A DNA stretch of 17,066 bases. Source: Candidatus Heimdallarchaeota archaeon. Its GTDB lineage: Archaea; Asgardarchaeota; Heimdallarchaeia; Heimdallarchaeales; Heimdallarchaeaceae. The position numbers were made by a program, and so were the translations under genes. The first letter of the stretch is position 1. Each line of letters opens with the position of its first letter. The notes under the pieces were generated by a model. It saw only the letters and a list, made by a program, of their open reading frames with translations, was not told the origin of the DNA and did not search any database. Shown piece after piece: positions 1 through 6,841 of the stretch. The DNA lies in contig JAEOSZ010000096.1 of NCBI GenBank assembly GCA_016840095.1, positions 1-17,066 on the forward strand, read 5' to 3'.

Positions 1-2
1 AA

Positions 3-254
3 ATAATCGGAGATCATATCAAAGAGATGATACTTACAGAGGATGTTAGAATTATTCAAATGGGTGTAGGAACTAATCCAATGGCAAAGGATCCATTTTG
101 TTCGACCGTAGCTGACAAATTTATAGGTATGGTCCATATAGCACTCCATCCTGATACAAGAGTGGATCATTATTACTTTCCAATGTCAAAAATCAGGATA
201 AATGAGAAAGAATATTCAAGAAATGAGCTTTTTGAGTCAAAAAATCATTTGTAG
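3..254 (+). CDS. C-terminal fragment of an M29 (AmpS/AmpT leucyl aminopeptidase)-like protein, metal ligands partly degenerate; 5' end outside window
   Basis: Frame is open from base 3 (IIGDHIKEMILTED...). IQMGVGTNP and ADKFIGMVHIAL resemble the M29 C-terminal motifs ELGIGTNP and DEKxxGTxHIALG. TAG at 252-254 overlaps the convergent gene end by 10 nt. Confidence 0.55.
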   Translation: MIGDHIKEMILTEDVRIIQMGVGTNPMAKDPFCSTVADKFIGMVHIALHPDTRVDHYYFPMSKIRINEKEYSRNELFESKNHL

Positions 255-1210
255 TAGATTTCAGGATTTACAATATTCTTAGGCTTTTTACCAGTTAATG
301 CTTCTACTAAATTTTCAGCTGCAATGATAGCCATATTTGTTCTTGTTTCTAAGCTTGCTGAACCTATATGAGGAACAATGACAACATTATCTAGTTTTAC
401 TAGCTCAGGATTGATTTCTGGTTCATCAAAGAATACATCCAGACCAGCACCAGCAATGATTCTTTTAGCTAAAGCTGTAATTAATTCCTCTTCATTAATT
501 ACTTTACCTCGAGAAGTGTTAATCAAATAAGCAGAAGGTTTCATCTGTTTGAGTTCTTTTATTCCAATAAGTTGATGTGTTTCAGAAGTGTGAGGAATGT
601 GCAGTGTTAGATAATCTGAATTTTGGAGACATTCAGAAAATGTTACTTTCTTTGCATCTACTTCTTTTTCGATATCAGATTGTTGTTCATGATCTACATA
701 GATTATATTCATTCCAAAACCTTTAGCTCTTCTAGCAACAGCTTTTCCAATTCTTCCCATACCGATAATCCCTATTGTTCTATTAACAAAATCTCCCCCT
801 AATAATAACATTGGATCCCATCCCTTCCATTTTCCTGCTCTGAGATATTTGTCAGATTCAACTATTCTTCTAGAGATTGCTAAAATTAGAGCAAAAGTTA
901 AATCAGCTGTTGCATCAGTTAAAACTCCAGGAGTATTTGTTAAAGGAATTTTCCTTTCAGTAGCTGCTTGAACATCAACATTATCATACCCTACAGCATA
1001 ATTGGCAATAGCTTTAATCCCAGTTATATCCATAATCTCAGAATCTATTTTATCTGTCAATAAAGGAAGTATTCCATCACATCCTTTAGCTCGAACTAAC
1101 AGTTCTTTTCTTGAGATCGGACTATCTCCTTCATAAACATCAACATCGAAATGTTTTTTCAGAATTTCTAATCCAGGTTCAGGGATTTTTCTACTCACAA
1201 AGACTCTCAT
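245..1210 (-). CDS. gyaR: Glyoxylate reductase / D-glycerate dehydrogenase (D-isomer-specific 2-hydroxyacid dehydrogenase)
   Basis: AVGYDNVD, NTPGVLTDATAD, Rossmann GIIGMGRIG, INTSRG (catalytic Arg), GLDVFFDEP (Glu), PHIGSAS (His). Start moved to ATG 1210 (MRVFVSRKIP), which matches the family N-terminus and has a TATA-like CTTATTTT about 30 nt upstream. Confidence 0.9.
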   Translation of the reverse strand: MRVFVSRKIPEPGLEILKKHFDVDVYEGDSPISRKELLVRAKGCDGILPLLTDKIDSEIMDITGIKAIANYAVGYDNVDVQAATERKIPLTNTPGVLTDATADLTFALILAISRRIVESDKYLRAGKWKGWDPMLLLGGDFVNRTIGIIGMGRIGKAVARRAKGFGMNIIYVDHEQQSDIEKEVDAKKVTFSECLQNSDYLTLHIPHTSETHQLIGIKELKQMKPSAYLINTSRGKVINEEELITALAKRIIAGAGLDVFFDEPEINPELVKLDNVVIVPHIGSASLETRTNMAIIAAENLVEALTGKKPKNIVNPEIYYK

Positions 1211-1285
1211 TAAGTCTATTCTTAACTTTGGAAAAATAAGTCTTTGTTTTGAATAAAAAATCAAAAGGAGAAGAAAAAATTGATT

Positions 1286-2062
1286 TTAGACAAATCCTTC
1301 TCTCATTCTTCTTGGTGGTGGTGATGAAGGTCCTTGAATTGCTTGTTGTTTTTCTGCTATCATAGCTAATTGTTGTTTGATCTTAACAGCTTCTTCGAGT
1401 AAAGGCTGTGTATCGATTGTTATCTCGAAGTAATCATTCATAACATTTACAAGATTTGCAGCAGCTTGAGGATCTGGAAGTTCAGTAGTTGCTGGAGTCA
1501 TCAATACTATTCCAATAATATCTCTAATTAGTGCTTCACTTGTTATTGCACCAGATAAACCCAAAACCACTCCATGTTCATACATTTCAGCTCCAAATTG
1601 TTTTAATTCATCAGCAACTTCCTTTTCAGCAGCTGTAATTACTACTGGTTTTTCAGGACTAAGTTTGACTGGAATACCATCTAAACAAACAATTTTATCA
1701 GCTTTTACATGTTTTTCAATCCAATTAAGCAATCCTTCTGCTAAAACTAAGTATGCTTCTTGTGGGACAGGATAATCTATATTGACTAGTAGAATTGTTC
1801 CCTCTTTATTTGCATATAATAGATATGGGTGTTTGAGAACATTGTCCATGAATATGGTTACTGGGCTGAGCATATTTGATTTGAAGAATCCTATTTCCTC
1901 TAGTTCAAGATTCTCTATCATTTGTCTAGCGATTATTGGTCCTATTATTCCTGGTGTAGGAAATGTAACATAAACAACCGGTTTATTGAATTCTAATTCT
2001 TTAGTCTGCACAATTAGGAAATCTCCTTGATGAATGCAGATATCTTCTTGAAACTCTTTCAT
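1286..2062 (-). CDS. Proteasome assembly chaperone, PAC2 family (PbaA/PbaB-like)
   Basis: FPTPGIIGPII (family GFPGxGxVG), LELEEIGFF, IVCLDGIP, GLSGAITSE, PDPQAAANLV, IDTQPLLEEAVKIK helix. Probable start ATG 2062 (MKEFQED). Confidence 0.88.
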   Translation of the reverse strand: MKEFQEDICIHQGDFLIVQTKELEFNKPVVYVTFPTPGIIGPIIARQMIENLELEEIGFFKSNMLSPVTIFMDNVLKHPYLLYANKEGTILLVNIDYPVPQEAYLVLAEGLLNWIEKHVKADKIVCLDGIPVKLSPEKPVVITAAEKEVADELKQFGAEMYEHGVVLGLSGAITSEALIRDIIGIVLMTPATTELPDPQAAANLVNVMNDYFEITIDTQPLLEEAVKIKQQLAMIAEKQQAIQGPSSPPPRRMREGFV

Positions 2063-2118
2063 ATTATTCACACATAATATTGTGCATACCAAGAAAAAAA
2101 GCTTTCCCTCTACCAAAA

Positions 2119-3051
2119 TTATTCTTCTATCTTTTCTTCTTCCGTTTTCCTCGTTTCAACGATGATTATACTAACTATAATCAATATTGCTCCAATTCCA
2201 AAAATATAGGTAACAGAACCACCCAGAAATGAAACAGACCAAACTACTGATAGCAGAGGAACAAGAGCCTGTATCATCCCAGTTTGAGTAGTTGAGAGAT
2301 ACCCAAGAATATCTAACCAGAACGAGTATGCTAACGATGTCGAAAGAACCGCAATTACAATGACAAGAACAACTCCTAGAAGATTCAGATTCATTTCTAC
2401 AGGAGGGATTAAAAATGCAAAAAATACTAGATAAACACTCCCCATTAAGAGACTCAAGAAAGTAACTATGATTGGATTGTCATTAGAGAAATATTTCTTG
2501 AGTAAAACTGTATACAAAGCCCAACAAAAACCTGAACCAAATGCTAGCAGATTACCTGATATACTTCCAAATGTAAGGTTGCCTAGATCAAACAAACTTT
2601 CATCAAATATAACTAAGAACAGACCAGCTAATGAAATTGAAAGAGCTAGTGCATATGATCTCCTAATCCTCTCTTTAATCAAGAAGAATGCAACAATTGG
2701 GATAAGTATGATATTTGCATTAAGTAAAAAAGAAGCTGTTGATCCATCAGTGACTGGATTCTTAACTGCTACAAATAACAATACTGGCATACCAGCTGCT
2801 GCAACTGAAACTAAGATGTATTCTTTCCATTTTGCTTTGAAAGATGTAACAATCTGCTTGTTTTTGAAATCCTTTTGAAATTGTAAGATGATAAACAAAG
2901 CAACAGCAGCAAGAAAATATCTGAAAAAGGATAACTGAAAAGGAGATAGTTGAGCTTCTGTATCAATTAGATAGTCTCCAACAACAGGTGTGAGACTCCA
3001 CCCTACTACTACTACTGAAGCCTTAATCCAGTGAACTATTTTCTTATTCAA
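2119..3051 (-). CDS. EamA/DMT family transporter (about 10 TM, two repeats)
   Basis: Hydrophobic throughout; SPFQLSFFRY, ASFLL, FFLIKERI, GNLLAFGSGFCWALYTVLLKK, STSLAYSFW. TTG start. Confidence 0.9.
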   Translation of the reverse strand: MNKKIVHWIKASVVVVGWSLTPVVGDYLIDTEAQLSPFQLSFFRYFLAAVALFIILQFQKDFKNKQIVTSFKAKWKEYILVSVAAAGMPVLLFVAVKNPVTDGSTASFLLNANIILIPIVAFFLIKERIRRSYALALSISLAGLFLVIFDESLFDLGNLTFGSISGNLLAFGSGFCWALYTVLLKKYFSNDNPIIVTFLSLLMGSVYLVFFAFLIPPVEMNLNLLGVVLVIVIAVLSTSLAYSFWLDILGYLSTTQTGMIQALVPLLSVVWSVSFLGGSVTYIFGIGAILIIVSIIIVETRKTEEEKIEE

Positions 3052-3078
3052 AATCTTTACCTATAATTATTGTTTACT

Positions 3079-3096
3079 ATTATATCTAGATATAAT
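3079..3096. promoter_or_regulatory. Perfect 18-bp palindrome in the divergent eamA/degV intergenic region (candidate transcription-factor operator)
   Basis: ATTATATCTAGATATAAT equals its own reverse complement. It lies 28 nt from the EamA start and just upstream of the degV TATA-like TTTTTATT (3106-3113). The palindrome is certain; the function is inferred. Confidence 0.5.
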
Positions 3097-3134
3097 GCCA
3101 TTACATTTTTATTTAGCCCATTCAAAAAACCTTC

Positions 3135-4007
3135 GTGAAAATCAAGATTATTACAGATTCTACATCAAATCTAACCAAAGAAATAGCTGATAAGTACGAT
3201 ATTGATATGATTCCAGCTTATGCAATAATTGATGAAAAGGAATACTTAGATGATGGATCAACTTCACCTGAGAAGTTTTATGAGTTAATTTCAAAATCTA
3301 AATCAGCAAAGACAAGTATGCCATCACCTCAAAATGTTATGAAAGTTCTTGAAAATAACACAGAGTATGATCACTTGATTATGGTTCATGTATCTGAGCA
3401 TTTATCAGGAACAATAAATGTAGTTCAAAGTGTTATAAAACAGTATAAGAGACAACATAAGACTGCTCCAGAAATAACAATTTTTGATTCAAAAGGGTCA
3501 TCATATTTCTTAGGAGTTATTGCTCTGAAAGCTTCTCAATTAGTTAGACAAGGATTAGAAGTTGAGGAAATTATTAAACAGTTGAAGGAGTTCAGAGATA
3601 ATGATGTTCTTGTTCTGTTAACTGTTACTGATTTAACCAATCTTTATCAAGGAGGTAGAATAAGTCGAATGCAGTTTCTATTGGCAGATACTCTTCATGC
3701 TTATCCCATTATTACTTTAGTTGATGGAGCTCTGACACCTGTTGGAAAAGATATAGGAAGTGTGAGAACCTGTAAGAAATTGATTAAGATGTTTAAAGAT
3801 TGTTATAACAAAGATGATGAAGTTATAATGTGGTATGCTGAGACAATACCGAGACAAACTAATGATAGATTCATACAAATGCTGAAAAGGATAAGACGCC
3901 CTAAGATTAAACAAATACTACCTTTCAAAGTAGGAAATGCTATTGTTTGCCACACAGGGATAACAGTGATGGGTATTGTTACTGCAAGAAATTTTGACTT
4001 TGATTAA
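3135..4007 (+). CDS. DegV family fatty-acid-binding protein
   Basis: KIKIITDSTSNL, KTSMPSP, HVSEHLSGT, IFDSKGSS, NLYQGGRIS, CHTG motifs; 290 aa; GTG start. Confidence 0.92.
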   Translation: MKIKIITDSTSNLTKEIADKYDIDMIPAYAIIDEKEYLDDGSTSPEKFYELISKSKSAKTSMPSPQNVMKVLENNTEYDHLIMVHVSEHLSGTINVVQSVIKQYKRQHKTAPEITIFDSKGSSYFLGVIALKASQLVRQGLEVEEIIKQLKEFRDNDVLVLLTVTDLTNLYQGGRISRMQFLLADTLHAYPIITLVDGALTPVGKDIGSVRTCKKLIKMFKDCYNKDDEVIMWYAETIPRQTNDRFIQMLKRIRRPKIKQILPFKVGNAIVCHTGITVMGIVTARNFDFD

Positions 4008-4011
4008 ACTA

Positions 4012-4998
4012 TTATTTCTCTTCTTCTTCATCTAAGTTTTTATCCTTTTTCAATAATCTTGAATCTAAGATATCTGGTGGAATATATACATATCTTCCAC
4101 CTTCATGTCTTATATCTACTTGAGATACTAAATGCAGCTTTCTTTGAACTTCTTCTTGTGTTTGTCTCGGTCCATAATAATCTGTTCTAGGACGTTTTCT
4201 TCTTTTATTTTTCATTCTTAATGAAATAAGAGCAATGATAGATACAATCAGAACTATCCCCATAACTGCATCTCTTAGTTTAAGACTCAAACGAGAGTTG
4301 AATTCAAGAGAAATTACAACATCATGAATGTTATTATCAAGAGGCTCAAAAGCAAACCAATCATATCCATGTTCAAGAATAAAGAATCGAATACTAGAAT
4401 CAGTCCAAGAAAATGAATAAGCTGTTTCTTTCCAATTTATGTTCTTTGTAGGATCTTTCTTTGACGAATAGAACTTCACAAATCCATTATTTTCAAGAAT
4501 TGAGAGACTCAATGTATAGTTTCCTCTATCAAGGGTTTTGACAGAAATAACTGTAAGAGAAGTGTTCAATACCTTTTGTTGCTTGCTCCAGTTTTTTTGA
4601 GATAAAAAGTAATAACCCCCTTCATCTCTTTCTTGAAGTAATTCACTGTTTAAATCAACATTAATGTTTAACTCTAAGCCATTAGGATTAAAAATAATTA
4701 CTTCGTAAAACCCTTCCCAGATGAAATCAAAACTAATATCTCCAATTACATTAAATCTAGAAATGAGAATGAAAAAACTTGCATTATGAACGATGACACT
4801 ATACTCAAGAGAAGGATTTAGAACATTAGTCTTAATAGTAATCAAACTTAGCTCATCTTCAGTGATTTCAAAAGACCATGAATCATAAGCAGGTATATCT
4901 ACTAAAATTGAGTGATCGTATTCATTTTGGTTTTCTATAGCTTGGGTTGGAACTAGACACAAACTAAAAACAAAGAAAAGAAACCAGATTTTTTTCAT
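4012..4998 (-). CDS. Uncharacterised type I single-pass membrane protein (signal peptide, beta-rich ectodomain, TM, basic cytoplasmic tail)
   Basis: MKKIWFLFFVFSLCLVPTQA signal peptide; sequons NAS, NWS, NTS, NYT; TM AVMGIVLIVSIIALISL followed by RMKNKRRKRPR. Confidence 0.8.
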   Translation of the reverse strand: MKKIWFLFFVFSLCLVPTQAIENQNEYDHSILVDIPAYDSWSFEITEDELSLITIKTNVLNPSLEYSVIVHNASFFILISRFNVIGDISFDFIWEGFYEVIIFNPNGLELNINVDLNSELLQERDEGGYYFLSQKNWSKQQKVLNTSLTVISVKTLDRGNYTLSLSILENNGFVKFYSSKKDPTKNINWKETAYSFSWTDSSIRFFILEHGYDWFAFEPLDNNIHDVVISLEFNSRLSLKLRDAVMGIVLIVSIIALISLRMKNKRRKRPRTDYYGPRQTQEEVQRKLHLVSQVDIRHEGGRYVYIPPDILDSRLLKKDKNLDEEEEK

Positions 4999-5024
4999 TT
5001 TTCAAAATAAAGTTCTGTAGAATT

Positions 5025-5032
5025 TATTTAAA
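5025..5032 (-). promoter_or_regulatory. Archaeal TATA box for the 4998 gene
   Basis: TTTAAATA on the minus strand ending 27 nt upstream of ATG 4998. Confidence 0.5.
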
Positions 5033-5053
5033 CTCAAGGAAAGAACAAAAATT

Positions 5054-6841
5054 TCAATCATTGAAGAAACAGTCGATATTATCCTTCAAGATTTTAACAG
5101 AACTGTGCCTTTCGAAACTGAATTCTTGGGAGAGTTTAGTTCCTCTAGGGTCCAACAATATGTGAACTGCTCTATCTCCTTTATTTCGAATAGCTCTACC
5201 TAAGCTTTGTGCGAGTCTTTGAACCATTGGGATGAATATAGTGAAATCATTGGCTATTTTGGAACCAAACTGAACTGTAAGGTCTTCATGGATAATCTGA
5301 TTTTCTTGAGAAGGTGGTGGATAAGGCAAAGCTGTTACAATTATGCCTTTAATCAAACTTCGACCATCAACAGAAAATTCTACTCCTTCACTAATTTTAC
5401 CTCCAGTAACGCACAGAATCAGCTTCTTCTCTGTAGAACTAGCTATAATTGCTTGTAAAGTAGTTATATCTAGTTCATTTGTTTCCACAATGTCTGCATT
5501 TAGTACTCCTGCATCTACTAAATCTTCCATGTATTTGTAGCTAGGAGCAAAAACCAATGTGTGTCCTTTAATTGACTCAAAGATTTTCTGTATTGTGCTA
5601 GAAATTAACACAAAATATTCGTGTGTTCTGTTATCATGTTTTCCATTCAATTTCTGATTAACAAGTATGTAGTTCTTACTCTCAATATCCTCTTTAGGAG
5701 AAAAGACTCTAAGTGTTTTTGAGTTAGATAGCTGGAAGATTTGCTTATAGGACCTTAATGGTTCAAAACTTCCTGACATTAAGATTAATCTTTTAGTTTC
5801 AATAAATTTCCTCAAAATATCGGAAGGTTGGATGTTTACTATTGATAATTTATTACCATCAGAAAGGAGTATTTTATCTTGAGAAGAAAGAAGAAAATGA
5901 TAAACTAAATAAGCATAAAAAGCTGGAGGACTATTACGAACTAATTGTCTTTGAAGTAAAGAAAATAACTCTTCTTCTAGTGATTTTAACTTATATTCAT
6001 CATAGTTTTTAGTAATTACCTCATGTCTATCAATAGTGTCTAAAAGTTCATCGTAAATAGGATGAGATAATTCTTTAGCTGCATTCTCAATGAGTGATTT
6101 GGAAATCGATTGATTGATTGGTTTATACAAATTATGTGCTTCATCTACAGCTACAAGTGTTTTTTCTAATCTAGAACCAATACTATAGAAGAATCGAGTA
6201 AACAAAGCAGTATTTTCTAGAAAGGGATAAGATGTAATTATGACATCAGCCTTTTGCATTAGAAAATATGAGAAAAAGTATGGACAGTAATTATCAGAAT
6301 TCAAACTAGTAAGAATGTCATCTTTTGAAATAATGCTTGTAAAAGATTCATACAAACGTTTTACAGATTCTAAGATATCCTCTGTTGTAGCTCTCTGAGT
6401 TTTAGCCTTAAGAGGGCATCTAGTTAGATTGCAGATATGAGTATAGATTTCACTAGGATAATCCTTTTTTGCTTTCAGACATAACTCATTCTTCCCGAGA
6501 AAAGGAACAAATATAGGAAAATTCTCAAAATGATCTTCTAGTAAATCCCAGTGTTTAACAATTTGATTGAAGATGTTAGAAAGTTCTCGTAAAAAGACAT
6601 TAATCTGAGCTTTGGTTCTTACGTAGACAACTATTTTTTCATCCTTCTTCTTTAGAGCTAACAGAGATGTAAGTAAAGCAGCAGTTTTCCCAACTCCTAT
6701 CTGGGAGGAAATGAGTAAAGGTTGAGATGAAGAGAGAATTGAACGAATTATTCTTCTTTGAGGAGCTTTCATTGTTGTGTAGGGAAATAGTATTTTAGCA
6801 ATTTCCCAACTTTCTTCAGCTTCTTCATTAATTTGGTACAA
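5054..6841 (-). CDS. XPD/Rad3/DinG family SF2 FeS-cluster DNA helicase
   Basis: Q-motif FPY...PQ, Walker A QIGVGKT, Ia VRTKAQI, four FeS Cys (GKNELC, HIC, TRCP, YCPYF), VDEAHNL, MSGSF, FAPSY, GGKISEGVEF, LPYPPP, QSLGRAIRNKGD, LLDPR. The annotated start is a TTG overlapping the upstream gene by 14 nt; the true start is uncertain. Confidence 0.92.
   Translation of the reverse strand: MYQINEEAEESWEIAKILFPYTTMKAPQRRIIRSILSSSQPLLISSQIGVGKTAALLTSLLALKKKDEKIVVYVRTKAQINVFLRELSNIFNQIVKHWDLLEDHFENFPIFVPFLGKNELCLKAKKDYPSEIYTHICNLTRCPLKAKTQRATTEDILESVKRLYESFTSIISKDDILTSLNSDNYCPYFFSYFLMQKADVIITSYPFLENTALFTRFFYSIGSRLEKTLVAVDEAHNLYKPINQSISKSLIENAAKELSHPIYDELLDTIDRHEVITKNYDEYKLKSLEEELFSLLQRQLVRNSPPAFYAYLVYHFLLSSQDKILLSDGNKLSIVNIQPSDILRKFIETKRLILMSGSFEPLRSYKQIFQLSNSKTLRVFSPKEDIESKNYILVNQKLNGKHDNRTHEYFVLISSTIQKIFESIKGHTLVFAPSYKYMEDLVDAGVLNADIVETNELDITTLQAIIASSTEKKLILCVTGGKISEGVEFSVDGRSLIKGIIVTALPYPPPSQENQIIHEDLTVQFGSKIANDFTIFIPMVQRLAQSLGRAIRNKGDRAVHILLDPRGTKLSQEFSFERHSSVKILKDNIDCFFND

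Noticed and set aside
2071-2084. Imperfect inverted repeat CACATAATATTGTG upstream of PAC2
   Set aside because: Only 5 of 7 positions pair; expected by chance in AT-rich DNA.
1782-2878. Plus-strand ORFs 1782-1973 and 2468-2878
   Set aside because: Antisense shadows of PAC2 and EamA with no recognisable motifs.
5054-6841. CRISPR type IV CasDinG or another known defence helicase
   Set aside because: No cas genes, arrays or mobile-element context; the motifs fit archaeal XPD/Rad3.
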